This document shows positions 49,904-60,316 of a stretch of DNA of 64,000 bases, piece after piece. The first letter of the stretch is position 1; each line of letters starts with the position of its first letter. Origin of the DNA: an uncultured bacterium (GTDB taxonomy: Bacteria; Krumholzibacteriota; Krumholzibacteriia; Krumholzibacteriales; Krumholzibacteriaceae); NCBI GenBank assembly GCA_963786935.1, contig CAWBAN010000001.1, positions 800,001-864,000 on the forward strand. The letters are read 5' to 3'. The translations under genes were made by a program, and so were the position numbers. A model generated the notes under the pieces. The model was not told the DNA's origin and did not search any database. It saw only the letters and a program-made list of their open reading frames with translations.

Positions 49904-51847
49904 TTACCCCGCTGCCGGACCGTTTCCTTCCGGTCCCCCGGCGCCGGGGGAATTTTCGCCCGAAGGCTCGATATCGTCGTCGTATCCTTCGTCGATATCG
50001 TAATCGGCCTGCTCGCCGGCCGGCTCGTCCTTCGACTGCCGTGCCGCGGGCCGTTCCTGATCGGCCGTCTCGCGCCTCGGGAATCTCTTCCTGAACGCGT
50101 CGATCTCCTCGGCGGAGCGCCCTTCGAGATACGCGCTCACGCTGAGGACGATCCGCTTGTTCTGCGGATCGATCTTGATGACCTTGAGCGGGATGTCCGT
50201 GCCGACGTCGAAATGGTCGGAGGGCTTCCGCAGGTTGTCGATGCCGAGATGAGAGAGCGGAACGAATCCCTCGACGTCCTCCTTGAGCTCCACGACCGCC
50301 CCGCGATCGAGCAGCCTCGTGATCTTGCCGTGAAGTTCGATTCCGATGCTGAACTCCTTCGCGAGCTCGTTCCACGGATTCTCCCTCGTCTGCTTCATTC
50401 CGAGGCTGATCCGGCGTTTTGCGCTGTCGATTTCGAGCACGACCACCTCGAGCTCGTCTCCCTTGCGGACCGCTTCGGAGGGATGGCGCACGCGTTTCGC
50501 CCACGACATGTCCGAGATGTGGACGAGGCCGTCGATTCCGTCTTCGATCTCGACGAACGCGCCGAAGTTGGTCAGGTTCCGCACCTTCCCCTTGAGGCGG
50601 GTGCCGGGCGGATATTTGCCTTCGAGTGCCTTCCAGGGATCGGGCTCAAGCTGCTTGAGCCCGAGGGAGATCTTCTCGTGCTCCTTGTCCACGTTGAGAA
50701 TGATCGCCTCGACCGTGTCGCCGATCGCGACGACCTTCGAGGGATGCTTCACGTGGCGGGTCCACGACATCTCTGAAATGTGGATGAGCCCTTCGATTCC
50801 CTTTTCGAGCTCGACGAACGCGCCGTAATCGGTGATCGAAACGACCTTGCCGCGCATCTTCGTGCCGACCGGATAGCGCTGGTCCACGCCCTCCCACGGG
50901 TACGGCGTGAGCTGCTTCAACCCGAGCGAAATACGTTCCCGCTCCCGGTCGAAATCGAGAATCTTCACCTTGAGCTTGTCGCCGATCGCGACGACTTCCG
51001 AGGGATGGCTGACCCTGCCCCACGTGAGATCCGTGAGATGCAGGAGCCCGTCGATACCGCCGAGATCCACGAAGGCGCCGAAGTCGGTGATGTTCTTCAC
51101 GACCCCTTCGCGCTCCTGCCCGACGGCGAGCTCGGCGAGGAGCTTTTTCTTCTTCTCGTCGCGCTCCTCTTCGAGAACGACGCGCCGCGATACCACGATG
51201 TTCCGGCGGCGCTTGTTGAGCTTGATGATCTTGCAGTCGAGCTCCTGTCCGATGAGCTCGTCGAGGTCGGGCACCTGCCGCAGCGCGATTTGGGAACCGG
51301 GCAGGAACGCGTCGACTCCCATCAGCTTCACGACGAGTCCGCCCTTGATCCGATGATCGACGCGGGCCTTCGCGGTGAGCCGCTTGTCGTACGATTCCTT
51401 GATGTCGTCCCACGCCTTGATGAAATCGGCTTTCTCCTTGGAGAGAACGATGAGACCGTCCTGGTTCTCCATCTTCTCGAGGTAGACGTCGAACACGTCT
51501 CCCTTCTGGACGTTCGGAGCGTTCGAGAATTCGATACGCGGTATCGAACCCTCGCTCTTGAACCCGACATTCACGATGATCTCGTTGTCGGCCACCTCGT
51601 ACACGGTGCCCTTGACGATATTTCCTTCCTGGAGCTCGGCCGCCTTCCGATTGATGTCGGCCAGGATAATGTCCCATTCGGCGTTTTGCATATCCTCGCC
51701 CGAAAGCTCCTCGGGAGCCACCTGCTCGAACATGGACAGGTACGCCTTCTTGGGCGCGCCGCCCTCTGCGTCACCACCTTTCCCGAACGATTTTTCCCCC
51801 GCCTGAGCAGGGCCCTGAATTGCGTCAAGACGCTTCTCTTCCTGCAT
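49904..51847 (-). CDS. rpsA: 30S ribosomal protein S1
   Basis: Six S1 repeats (FGAFV.L..G.DGL.H.S); AAGGAGG RBS. Confidence 0.97.
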   Translation of the reverse strand: MQEEKRLDAIQGPAQAGEKSFGKGGDAEGGAPKKAYLSMFEQVAPEELSGEDMQNAEWDIILADINRKAAELQEGNIVKGTVYEVADNEIIVNVGFKSEGSIPRIEFSNAPNVQKGDVFDVYLEKMENQDGLIVLSKEKADFIKAWDDIKESYDKRLTAKARVDHRIKGGLVVKLMGVDAFLPGSQIALRQVPDLDELIGQELDCKIIKLNKRRRNIVVSRRVVLEEERDEKKKKLLAELAVGQEREGVVKNITDFGAFVDLGGIDGLLHLTDLTWGRVSHPSEVVAIGDKLKVKILDFDRERERISLGLKQLTPYPWEGVDQRYPVGTKMRGKVVSITDYGAFVELEKGIEGLIHISEMSWTRHVKHPSKVVAIGDTVEAIILNVDKEHEKISLGLKQLEPDPWKALEGKYPPGTRLKGKVRNLTNFGAFVEIEDGIDGLVHISDMSWAKRVRHPSEAVRKGDELEVVVLEIDSAKRRISLGMKQTRENPWNELAKEFSIGIELHGKITRLLDRGAVVELKEDVEGFVPLSHLGIDNLRKPSDHFDVGTDIPLKVIKIDPQNKRIVLSVSAYLEGRSAEEIDAFRKRFPRRETADQERPAARQSKDEPAGEQADYDIDEGYDDDIEPSGENSPGAGGPEGNGPAAG

Positions 51848-51887
51848 GAATCGATCTCCTCCTTGCACTATGGAATAAGAACAATAC

Positions 51888-51916
51888 ATGATAAAGGCTT
51901 AGCGCGCCCGGCGCAA
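51888..51916 (-). promoter_or_regulatory. sigma-70 promoter of rpsA
   Basis: TTGCGC-N17-TATCAT. Confidence 0.6.
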
Positions 51917-51971
51917 GCGTTTTTTGGGGGGTTCCGCGGGTGCGCACGGGGGGGGGTCGGAGGCGCGGCCG

Positions 51972-52835
51972 TCACGCCGATTCGCGTGATATTTCGTCGA
52001 GCCGCTCGACGACGGCGTCGATGATCCAGGCGGGCGTCGAGGTGCCCGTCGTCACGCCGACGCGGCGCGCCGATTCGAACCAGGCCGGATCGATGTCGCG
52101 GGCGGATTCGACGAGGCGCGCCGGGACGCCCGATTCGGCGCAGGCGCGGTGCAGACGGAGCGTGTTGGAGCTGTTCGGGCCCCCGATGACGAGCATGAGG
52201 TCGACGGTGCGGGCGAGATTGAGCATGGCGTCCCTCCGGGCTTCCGTCGCCTGGCATATCGTGTCACGGACGACGAGATCGCGCACGCGCGTGCGGAGCG
52301 CCGCGATGATATCCTCCGCCTCGCGGCGCGAAAACGTCGTCTGGATGACGACGCCCGCCCGATCGAGGGGGGCGAGCCGCTCCGCCTCCCCCGCGTCTCT
52401 GACGATGAAGGCGCGCGGACCCGCGTGGCCGGCGAGCCCCCGGACCTCGGGATGCTCGCGATCGCCGATAATGATCACGGGGATCGATTCATCGGCGAAA
52501 CGCCGCGCGTGCCGCTGGCTGAGCTGGACGAACGGGCAGGTCGCGTCGAGGATCCGGATGCCGCGCGTCTCGGCGTCCGCGATCAGATCGGGACGGACGC
52601 CGTGGGCGCGCAGAACGAGCGTGCTCCCCTTCGGAACGTCGTCGAGCGATTCGACGGGGCGCACGCCCCGCGAGCGCAGGCGATCGACCTCGAGGGGATT
52701 ATGGATAACCGCGCCGAGGGTATAGATCGCGCTTCCGACGTCCTCGAGCCCCTGCTCGATGAGGCGCATCGCCCTCATGACGCCGAAGCAGTACCCGGCG
52801 TGCGCCGACGTGATGATCTCAAACTTCCGGTTCAT
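51972..52835 (-). CDS. ispH: 4-hydroxy-3-methylbut-2-enyl diphosphate reductase
   Basis: GYCFGV, IHN, AHG, DATCP, TIC.AT, SSNT. Confidence 0.97.
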   Translation of the reverse strand: MNRKFEIITSAHAGYCFGVMRAMRLIEQGLEDVGSAIYTLGAVIHNPLEVDRLRSRGVRPVESLDDVPKGSTLVLRAHGVRPDLIADAETRGIRILDATCPFVQLSQRHARRFADESIPVIIIGDREHPEVRGLAGHAGPRAFIVRDAGEAERLAPLDRAGVVIQTTFSRREAEDIIAALRTRVRDLVVRDTICQATEARRDAMLNLARTVDLMLVIGGPNSSNTLRLHRACAESGVPARLVESARDIDPAWFESARRVGVTTGTSTPAWIIDAVVERLDEISRESA

Positions 52836-54183
52836 CCTGAAGCATCCTGATCGCGTTCCGCACCATGCCGGCGAGGACGCGGTATTCGTCCTTCGAATTG
52901 CCCGCGCGGCCGACGCCGTCCATCCTGATCGGCGGTCCGATGCGCACGACGAGCCTGCGGCGCCTCACGAGACACTCGAGCAACCGATTGGTGCCGGTGA
53001 CGCAGACGGGCACGATGCTCGCGCCGCTCTTGACCGCGACGAATCCGAGCCCCGGCTTCAGCTCGCCCAGCTCGCCCGTCCGCGACCGCGTGCCCTCGGG
53101 AAACATGAGCACGGATCGGCCCCCGCCGAGGAGATCGAAGAGACGTTTCATCGTTCTTCTCTCGATCTCCTCCCGGTCGACCGGTATCGCGTGAAACGCG
53201 CCGATGAGCCAGGCGAAGAGCGGATTCCGGAACAGCTCCTTCTTCGCCAGAAACCAGATCTCACGGTCGAACGCGCAGCCGACGACGAGCGGATCGCCGT
53301 TCGACAGATGGTTGCTCGCGGCCACGAAGCTCTCCCGGTACCGCAGATGCTCGCGCCCGGTGATGCGGAGGCCGAACACGACGCGGAAAACAGCGCGTAC
53401 GACGCGCTGCGATATCCCGAAATAGCCCGTCGTCCGGGCGAACGGGTTGGATTCGCCGGGAGCGACGGCGAGCGAACCGATCCGCTCCGCCCGCGCGAGG
53501 ACTTCCGCCTCGATGAGCGCGATCTGAGCGTCGATCGTCAACGCGGACGTATCGACGGTGAACGCCCCCGCGGGCCTGCACAGGGGGCTCAGGGACCGGC
53601 CGGAGTCCATCGCATCGCGCGCGAGTATGTTCTCCCTGATCGCGCCGAGATCTTCCTCGATTCCCATGCGGCGCAGTTGTCCCTGCCGGCGCCGCGCCCG
53701 CGCCTCGATGTCGGCGACGAGAAACACCTTCACGTCGGCGTGCGGGAAGACGACGGAACCGGTGTCCCGCCCCTCCGCCACGACGCCCCCGGCCGCGCCG
53801 ATGCGCCGCTGGATGCGCACCATGGCGCGCCGGACACCCTCGTGCCGGCTCACCGGCGAGACGAGGCGCGAGACCTCGGGCGTTCTGATCTCCCGCTCGA
53901 CGCTCGTTCCGTCCAGAAAGAGCGCCGGCTTCCCCTCGACGGTTCTGATCTCGAGATCGAGCGCGGAGGCGAGCTCCGAAACGGACGCGGCGTCTTCGGG
54001 ATCGACGCCGCGAGAGAGGGCGGCGTGGGCGACCGCGCGGTACATGGCGCCCGTATCGAGATAGGCGAGACCGAGCCGGGCCGCGAGCATCGAAGCGGTC
54101 GTGCTCTTCCCCGATCCCGCCGGCCCGTCGATCGTCACGACGAAGCGGCGCAACGCTGCTGCGGTGCGTTCCGTGAGAATCAT
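52819..54183 (-). CDS. cmk: Cytidylate kinase fused to PlsC-like acyltransferase
   Basis: IDGPAGSGKST, DTGAMYR, EGRD; then SNHLSNGD, AKKELF, FPEGTRS. Confidence 0.93.
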   Translation of the reverse strand: MILTERTAAALRRFVVTIDGPAGSGKSTTASMLAARLGLAYLDTGAMYRAVAHAALSRGVDPEDAASVSELASALDLEIRTVEGKPALFLDGTSVEREIRTPEVSRLVSPVSRHEGVRRAMVRIQRRIGAAGGVVAEGRDTGSVVFPHADVKVFLVADIEARARRRQGQLRRMGIEEDLGAIRENILARDAMDSGRSLSPLCRPAGAFTVDTSALTIDAQIALIEAEVLARAERIGSLAVAPGESNPFARTTGYFGISQRVVRAVFRVVFGLRITGREHLRYRESFVAASNHLSNGDPLVVGCAFDREIWFLAKKELFRNPLFAWLIGAFHAIPVDREEIERRTMKRLFDLLGGGRSVLMFPEGTRSRTGELGELKPGLGFVAVKSGASIVPVCVTGTNRLLECLVRRRRLVVRIGPPIRMDGVGRAGNSKDEYRVLAGMVRNAIRMLQDEPEV

Positions 54184-54220
54184 CTCGAGATCCCGCATGA
54201 TATCGGCCGCGCGGCGAAGG

Positions 54221-55318
54221 TCAAATCAGCCCTTTGAGCGTCTCGACGAACTTCCGGTTCTCGTAGGGCGTTCCGATCGTGACGCGGAACGTCTCCTCCC
54301 CGAGCCCGAACGGCTTCATGGGGCGAACGATGATGCCGCGATCCATCAACTGCTCGACGATGGCGCCGCTGCCGTGCGGGGGAACGGCGAGCAGGAAATT
54401 CGTCTGCGACGGGGGAACGACGAACCCGAGCTTCTGGAGCTCCTCGCGGACGAAGCGGAGCTCGTCCCGATTCTCCTTCGCCCGCACCGAGATCTTGTCC
54501 ATGTTCCGGAGCGCGGCGAGGGCGGCACCCTGCGCGACGCTGTTCACGTTGAAGGGCTGCCGCACCTTGTGGAGACAGGTGACGACGTCCTCGTGCGAGA
54601 GCGAATACCCGACGCGCAAGGCCGAAAGGGAATGGATCTTCGAGAAGGTGCGCAGCACCACGACGTTCGCTCGATCCTTGATGAGCGCGATCGTATCGGG
54701 GAAATCGCTCGCCGCGACGTATTCGAAATACGCCTCGTCGAACACGACGAGCACCTTTTCGCTCAGGCCGTCGAGGAACCGATCCACCTCGCTCTTCGAG
54801 ACGTAGGTCGCCGTCGGATTGTTCGGATTACATATGAAAACGATCTTCGTCCGGGAGGTGACGGCCGCGCGCATGGCGGCGCAATCGACGCGGTAATCCT
54901 TGAGGGGCACCTCGATCGCCTTGACGCCCGCGAGCTGGCTCACGATCGGGTACACGATGAAGCTCGGCCACGGGTAGACGATTTCCTCGTCGGGATTGAC
55001 GAACGCGCGCACGATCAGATCGAGAATCTCGTTCGAGCCGTTGCCGACGAAGACCTGGTTCGCGTTGAGCGAATGGTATTTGGCGAGCTCGACGCCCAGG
55101 TAGAAGCAGCCCGAATTGGGATAGCGGTTGGCCTGGGCTATCTCGTCGATGATGGCCTGCCGCACCTCGGGGATCGGCTCGTACGGATTCTCGTTGGAGG
55201 CGAGCTTGATGATTTCGCCGTCGAAGCTGCGCTCCCGGCGGAGCTCCTCGATCGGCTTGCCCGGCACGTACGGCTTCACGGTCTTCAGGTGCGGTCTCAT
55301 CAGATCCATGATCGACAT
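54221..55318 (-). CDS. hisC: Histidinol-phosphate aminotransferase
   Basis: KLASNENP, GNGSNE, NPNNPT, DEAY, RTFSK. Confidence 0.94.
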   Translation of the reverse strand: MSIMDLMRPHLKTVKPYVPGKPIEELRRERSFDGEIIKLASNENPYEPIPEVRQAIIDEIAQANRYPNSGCFYLGVELAKYHSLNANQVFVGNGSNEILDLIVRAFVNPDEEIVYPWPSFIVYPIVSQLAGVKAIEVPLKDYRVDCAAMRAAVTSRTKIVFICNPNNPTATYVSKSEVDRFLDGLSEKVLVVFDEAYFEYVAASDFPDTIALIKDRANVVVLRTFSKIHSLSALRVGYSLSHEDVVTCLHKVRQPFNVNSVAQGAALAALRNMDKISVRAKENRDELRFVREELQKLGFVVPPSQTNFLLAVPPHGSGAIVEQLMDRGIIVRPMKPFGLGEETFRVTIGTPYENRKFVETLKGLI

Positions 55319-55323
55319 GTCAA

Positions 55324-56076
55324 TCATTCCTCCCGTTCTGCAGTCAGTCCCGCGAGCGCGCGCAACCTCCGCTCTTCGCGCTCCGTGAGGAGCCGCATCG
55401 CGCCCGGCGCCACGTCCTCGAAGCGAAGGTCCCCGAGCGCCGTCCGAGCCAGTTCGATCGTTCGGTGCCCGAACGCCGCGAACATCAGCCTGATCTGGCG
55501 CTTCCGCCCTTCCGTGAGGCGGACCTCGAGAGTCGTTTTCCCCCGGCGGCGGCCGACGAGCGTCACGCGGCACGGCTTCGTCCGGTATCCGCCGAGATCG
55601 ACTCCCGACGCGATCGATTCGATCGTGTCGACCCCGACGCTTCCCTCGACCGTCAGGCGGTACGTCTTCTCGATCTTGAAGCGCGGGTGCGTCAAACGAT
55701 ATGCGAGATCGCCGTCGTTGGTGAGGAGGAGAATGCCCGAGGTGTCCATATCGAGCCTCCCCACCGGATACAGGCGCTCCGAAAATCCATGATCCCGGGC
55801 GAGATCGATGACCGTTTTCCGGCGGAACGAATCGCGCACGGTGCTCAGGACGCCCGCCGGCTTATTGAGCACGAGCGCCATGGTCGCCCGCGGACGCCCG
55901 ATGGCGCGCCCCTCGACCATCACCGTATCGCGGTCCGGATCGATGAGCGCGCCGAGCCGCGTCATCGTCTCCCCGTTCACCGAAACCAGCCCCGCACGTA
56001 TCAGATCGTCGCACTTCCGACGCGAGCCGACGCCCGCGCCGGCGAGCCAGCGGTTGATCCTGACCGCCTCGCTCAT
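55324..56076 (-). CDS. rluB: RluB/RsuA-family pseudouridine synthase
   Basis: S4 domain, VGRLD, TNDG, EGRKRQIR; follows scpAB. Confidence 0.88.
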   Translation of the reverse strand: MSEAVRINRWLAGAGVGSRRKCDDLIRAGLVSVNGETMTRLGALIDPDRDTVMVEGRAIGRPRATMALVLNKPAGVLSTVRDSFRRKTVIDLARDHGFSERLYPVGRLDMDTSGILLLTNDGDLAYRLTHPRFKIEKTYRLTVEGSVGVDTIESIASGVDLGGYRTKPCRVTLVGRRRGKTTLEVRLTEGRKRQIRLMFAAFGHRTIELARTALGDLRFEDVAPGAMRLLTEREERRLRALAGLTAEREE

Positions 56077-56711
56077 GATTCTTCGGCCGCGGGCGCGCCG
56101 CCTTGATCCGGCCAGCTCGCGGGCGGCGGAACGAGCGGCTTCGAGGACTGCGCGTCGAGGGCGAACCTCCGCTCGAGCTCGTCCAGGCTCGGCAGATCCC
56201 CGAAATCCTTGAGGCCGAGATATTCGAGAAATTTCTTCGTCGTCGAATAGAGGTACGGCTTGCCGACCCCCTCGCCGCGGCCGCTGATGGCGATGAGCTC
56301 GCGCTCGACGAGCGTGGCGAGCACCCCGTCGCAATTGACCCCCCTGATCGACTCGATCTGCATCCTGCTGATCGGCTGCTTGTACGCGATGATCGCGAGC
56401 GTCTCCAGCGCGGGGAGCGTGAGCTTCGCCTTCTTCCGTCCTTTGAAGAGCCGGGAGACGACGCCGGAGAATTCGGGGAGCGTCGTGAGCTGGTATCCGC
56501 CGGCGACCTCGACGATCGTGAATCCGCGCGCCGATTCCGCGTAGAACTTCGAGAGCGCGCCGATAGCCTCGAGCACCCGCCGCGACGACGGGGCACCGGT
56601 CAATCCAGCGATTTTCGCCGCCGGCAGCGGGATGTCGGAAGCGAAGAGAAGCGCTTCGACCTCGCGTTCGAGCGAGCGGTCGTCATTGCCCCGGTCGATC
56701 GTTTCATCCAT
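56073..56711 (-). CDS. scpB: Segregation and condensation protein B
   Basis: EALLFAS, LETLAIIAYKQP, IRGV. Confidence 0.96.
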   Translation of the reverse strand: MDETIDRGNDDRSLEREVEALLFASDIPLPAAKIAGLTGAPSSRRVLEAIGALSKFYAESARGFTIVEVAGGYQLTTLPEFSGVVSRLFKGRKKAKLTLPALETLAIIAYKQPISRMQIESIRGVNCDGVLATLVERELIAISGRGEGVGKPYLYSTTKKFLEYLGLKDFGDLPSLDELERRFALDAQSSKPLVPPPASWPDQGGAPAAEES

Positions 56712-57444
56712 TCGCGTCACCATCCGCATGAATATAGGGAGCGTTGCCGGGCTTGTAAAGCCAGATGTCCGCGCCGCGCGACATCTGGCGCGCGACGAGC
56801 TCGCCGAGCTTCACCATCTCGAGAATGGCGAGAAACGTCACGATGACCTCGATCTTCGCGATCTCCTGCCCGAAGAGCTCGGTGAAGAGGACTTCGGGGC
56901 GGCGTTCGAGCGTCGTTCGGATCGTCTCGATCTTCTGCTCGACGGTGACCGATTCGGGGACGATATGATACACGGCCTGCTGCTTGATGTTCTTGAGCAC
57001 GCCCTGCAGGGCTTCGAGCAGATCGAACAGCGTCACGTCCAAGCCCTCGTCGACCGGCTCGTCTGCCGGGGGCGCGGCGGTCCGCGGAAAGACCTTGCGG
57101 CGGTCCTCCTCCTTCGCGGCGAGATCCCGCGCCGCCTCCTTGAACTTCCGGTACTCGAGGAGATTCCGGACGAGCTCCTCGCGCGGATCGACCTCCTCCT
57201 CCTCGATCCCTTCATGCCGCGGCAGAAGCATCTGGGACTTGATGCGCATGAGGGTGGCCGCCATGACGAAGAAGTCCCCCGCCAGCTCCAGCTCGAGCTC
57301 CTGCATGATTTCGATGTACGCGAGGTACTCGCGCGTTATGTGCGAAATCGGGATATCGTAGATGTTGATCTTGTCGCGCCTGATGAGATGCAGGAGGAGA
57401 TCGAGGGGCCCCTCGAACTGCACGAGGCGGACCTGGTATGTCAT
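56704..57444 (-). CDS. scpA: Segregation and condensation protein A
   Basis: FEGPLDLLLHLI, FLAILE. Confidence 0.96.
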   Translation of the reverse strand: MTYQVRLVQFEGPLDLLLHLIRRDKINIYDIPISHITREYLAYIEIMQELELELAGDFFVMAATLMRIKSQMLLPRHEGIEEEEVDPREELVRNLLEYRKFKEAARDLAAKEEDRRKVFPRTAAPPADEPVDEGLDVTLFDLLEALQGVLKNIKQQAVYHIVPESVTVEQKIETIRTTLERRPEVLFTELFGQEIAKIEVIVTFLAILEMVKLGELVARQMSRGADIWLYKPGNAPYIHADGDANG

Positions 57445-57516
57445 TGAAGAGCCTCCCCCCGAGCGCGCTGCTTTCGCCGCAACGAATGACGCCTGAACGA
57501 GTTATTCGGAAAAGGA

Positions 57517-57545
57517 ATCCTAGGCGAATGAACGCGCGATGTCAA
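57517..57545 (-). promoter_or_regulatory. sigma-70 promoter of the scpA operon
   Basis: TTGACA-N17-TAGGAT. Confidence 0.65.
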
Positions 57546-57553
57546 GCGTTCCT

Positions 57554-58474
57554 TCAGCCGCGCGGGTGGAAGGTGCGATGCACCTCGAGCAGGTAATCCA
57601 TGTCGAGCTTCGTGTAGATCTGCGTCGTCGAAATGCTCGAATGCCCCAGGAGCTCCTGCACCGCGCGCAGATCCGCTCCCCCCTCCAGCAGATGAGTGGC
57701 GAACGAATGCCGGAGCGTATGCGGACTGATGCGCCCCGAAAAACCCGCTCGCCCGGCGTAATGGCGCAGCAGCTTCCAGAAGCCGACGCGCGAGAGCGGG
57801 CCGCCGCGATAATTGAGAAAGACGTACGCCGAAATCCGCGCGCCGAGGAGCGCGGGGCGCGCCCCGGAGAGGTAGCTCGACAACGCCGCGTCGGCGCTCC
57901 GGCCGTAAGGAACGATCCGCTCCTTGCTCCCTTTGCCGCGAACGCGCACGAATCGCCGGTCGCGGTCGATATTCTCGAACCTGAGGCCGCACAACTCGGA
58001 TACCCGGAGCCCGGTGGAATAATCGAGCTCGAGGAGGGCCCGGTCGCGCACGCCGAGCGGGCTCGCGTCCGGGAGCGCGATGAGCGCGTCGATTTCGTGC
58101 GGCGCGAGCACGAAGGGGATCTTTCGCAGCACCTTCGGGGTGGCGAGGCGGCCGATCGCGGCGTCCGGCAGCGTCCCCGCTTCGTGGAGAAAGCGGAAGA
58201 ATCCCTTCAGTGCGCTCAACGTCCTTGCTCTGGAAGAAGGGCTCCTGCCGATCTCCGATTCCGCGAGATACGCGAGAACGCCCTCCATGGAAAGATCCTG
58301 CGGGCGTCCGGCGCCGGATGCTCCCAGATACTTCATAAACTCATTTATGTCATGTTCGTATGCTTTTATCGTTAAAGCCGTTAAGCCCTTTTCTATTCGA
58401 ATGTAATCGATGTATCGCCTCGCGAGCGTTTGGCGCTCTTCGCCGCGATCGCTATTTTCGGTGGATGAACTCAT
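57554..58474 (-). CDS. xerD: Tyrosine recombinase XerD
   Basis: GLRVSEL, GKGSKER, PHTLRHSFATH, LLGH..ISTTQIY, HPR. Confidence 0.92.
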   Translation of the reverse strand: MSSSTENSDRGEERQTLARRYIDYIRIEKGLTALTIKAYEHDINEFMKYLGASGAGRPQDLSMEGVLAYLAESEIGRSPSSRARTLSALKGFFRFLHEAGTLPDAAIGRLATPKVLRKIPFVLAPHEIDALIALPDASPLGVRDRALLELDYSTGLRVSELCGLRFENIDRDRRFVRVRGKGSKERIVPYGRSADAALSSYLSGARPALLGARISAYVFLNYRGGPLSRVGFWKLLRHYAGRAGFSGRISPHTLRHSFATHLLEGGADLRAVQELLGHSSISTTQIYTKLDMDYLLEVHRTFHPRG

Positions 58475-60269
58475 AGATCCGCTCCGCCGTTTTCAATCCT
58501 ATTCCGGGCACCCGGGCGAGATCGGCCGGCGATGCCTGTTTGACCGCCCGCATGCTGCCCAAGCTCGCGAGCAGCGCCGTTTTCCTTTTATCGCCGATGC
58601 CGGGTATTTCGTCCAGCCCCGATCGCCTGATCCCCTTGCCGCGGAGCGTGCGATGGTACTCGACCGCGAAACGATGCGCCTCGTCCCGGACGCGCTGCAG
58701 CAGGCGGAGCGCCTCGCTCCGCCGCGGGAGCACGAGCGGATCCCCCGCTCCGCCGGTGAAGATCTCCTCGTTCCGCTTCGCGAGCCCGATGATCGGAATG
58801 GGCCGCATACCGAGGTCCTCCATCGCGCTCCGGGCCGCGGCGAGCTGCCCCTTCCCCCCGTCGATCACGATGAGATCGGGGGGGCGCTCCGAGCCGTCCT
58901 TCAGCCGGGCGAGGCGCCGCGAGAGGACCTCCCGCATCATCGCGAAATCGTCGGAACCCTGAACGCCGCGGATCTTGAACCGGCGATACCGCGACCGGCG
59001 CGGGGTGCCGCGCTCGAAGGTCGCGAGCGATCCGACGGCGTCCGTTCCCTGAATATTGGATATGTCGAACGCTTCTATCACGAGCGGGGTCGATGCGAGA
59101 CCGAGCGCCTCCTTGAGCGCGGCGAGCGCGGACACGTTGCCGGCCGGCGTGCGGGTTTCGGACGCGAGCTGCAATGCCGCGTTCTTCCGGGCGAGCCGGA
59201 GCAGGGCATGCTTCTCCCCTTTCCGGGGCGCCGCGACACGGACGCGGCCGCCGCGTTTTGCGGCGAGCCACGTCTCGACGAGCCGCTCGTCCGCGAACGA
59301 AGTCTGTGTATAGATGCGCGGCGGCACGTCCGTCGCGCCATGATAGTACAGCTCGAAGAAGGCTTCGAACACAACCGCATCCGGCTCCGCGGCCGGCGCC
59401 GGCACGAAAAAGGATTCGCGAGCGTGTATCGCGCCGTCGCGGACCTTGAGGACCGTTCCGCAGGAGCGGTCCCCCTCGCGGGCGATCGCCACGAAATCCT
59501 CGTCGGCGCCGAGCGGCGTGGCCGCGCGCTGACGCTCCGAGATCTTCTCGTACGCGGCGGCCTGATCGCGCGCCGCCGCGGCTTCCTCGTACCTCTTCAT
59601 GCGGGAGAGGCGCCACATGCGCTCGCGAATCGATTCGCCGAGGCGGCGCGATTTCCCCTTGAGGAACAGGCGCACCTCGTCGACGATATCGCCGTAGTCC
59701 GTTTCGCCGATGCGCCCGGTGCAGGGCGCCCGACAGCGTCCGATGTGAAAATTGAGGCACTCCCTCCCCGCGATTCTCCCCGGGCGCCGCTCGCGGCAGT
59801 CGCGCAGGGGAAAAATCGTCCGGATCGTCCGCAGCGTCCGCCGCACCGCGTTCGTGTCGGTGAATGGGCCGAAGTACTCGGCGCCGTCGTTCTCGATCCG
59901 CCTCACGAGGAAGAGGCGCGGAAACGGCTCCTGCCGTGTCAGCTTCAGATACGGATACCGCTTGTCGTCCTTGAGACGGATGTTGTAACGGGGGCGGTGC
60001 TCCTTGATGAGCGTGCATTCGAGCACGAGCGCCTCGACCTCGGTATCGGTCGCGATGTAATCGACCGTTTCCGCGGCCCGCATGAGCGAAGCGGTTTTCG
60101 CGCCGAGCGCGTCGGGGCTCTGCAGGTAGCTCCGGATGCGGGCGGAGAGGTCCTTGGCCTTCCCGACGTAGAGAACTTTCCCCCTCGCGTTCTTCATGAA
60201 ATAAACGCCCGGTGAATCGGGGAAGGACGCCGCCTTTTCTTTCAGGAGGCTTTTCTGCGCACTTGACAT
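58452..60269 (-). CDS. uvrC: Excinuclease ABC subunit C
   Basis: PGVY/YVGKA GIY-YIG, DISN, DGGKGQ, RDEAHRFA, HhH. Confidence 0.98.
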   Translation of the reverse strand: MSSAQKSLLKEKAASFPDSPGVYFMKNARGKVLYVGKAKDLSARIRSYLQSPDALGAKTASLMRAAETVDYIATDTEVEALVLECTLIKEHRPRYNIRLKDDKRYPYLKLTRQEPFPRLFLVRRIENDGAEYFGPFTDTNAVRRTLRTIRTIFPLRDCRERRPGRIAGRECLNFHIGRCRAPCTGRIGETDYGDIVDEVRLFLKGKSRRLGESIRERMWRLSRMKRYEEAAAARDQAAAYEKISERQRAATPLGADEDFVAIAREGDRSCGTVLKVRDGAIHARESFFVPAPAAEPDAVVFEAFFELYYHGATDVPPRIYTQTSFADERLVETWLAAKRGGRVRVAAPRKGEKHALLRLARKNAALQLASETRTPAGNVSALAALKEALGLASTPLVIEAFDISNIQGTDAVGSLATFERGTPRRSRYRRFKIRGVQGSDDFAMMREVLSRRLARLKDGSERPPDLIVIDGGKGQLAAARSAMEDLGMRPIPIIGLAKRNEEIFTGGAGDPLVLPRRSEALRLLQRVRDEAHRFAVEYHRTLRGKGIRRSGLDEIPGIGDKRKTALLASLGSMRAVKQASPADLARVPGIGLKTAERIYEFIHRK

Positions 60270-60291
60270 GGATTCGACCTTCTAGTATGTT
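60263..60291 (+). promoter_or_regulatory. sigma-70 promoter of rpsT
   Basis: TTGACA-N17-TATGTT. Confidence 0.7.
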
Positions 60292-60316
60292 ATCGCTTCA
60301 CGGAGGTGAAGAATCA

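Noticed and set aside
57554..58474. Tyrosine recombinase as a mobile-element integrase
   Set aside because: XerD-type sequence in a housekeeping uvrC-xerD-scpAB context; no att repeats or cargo seen
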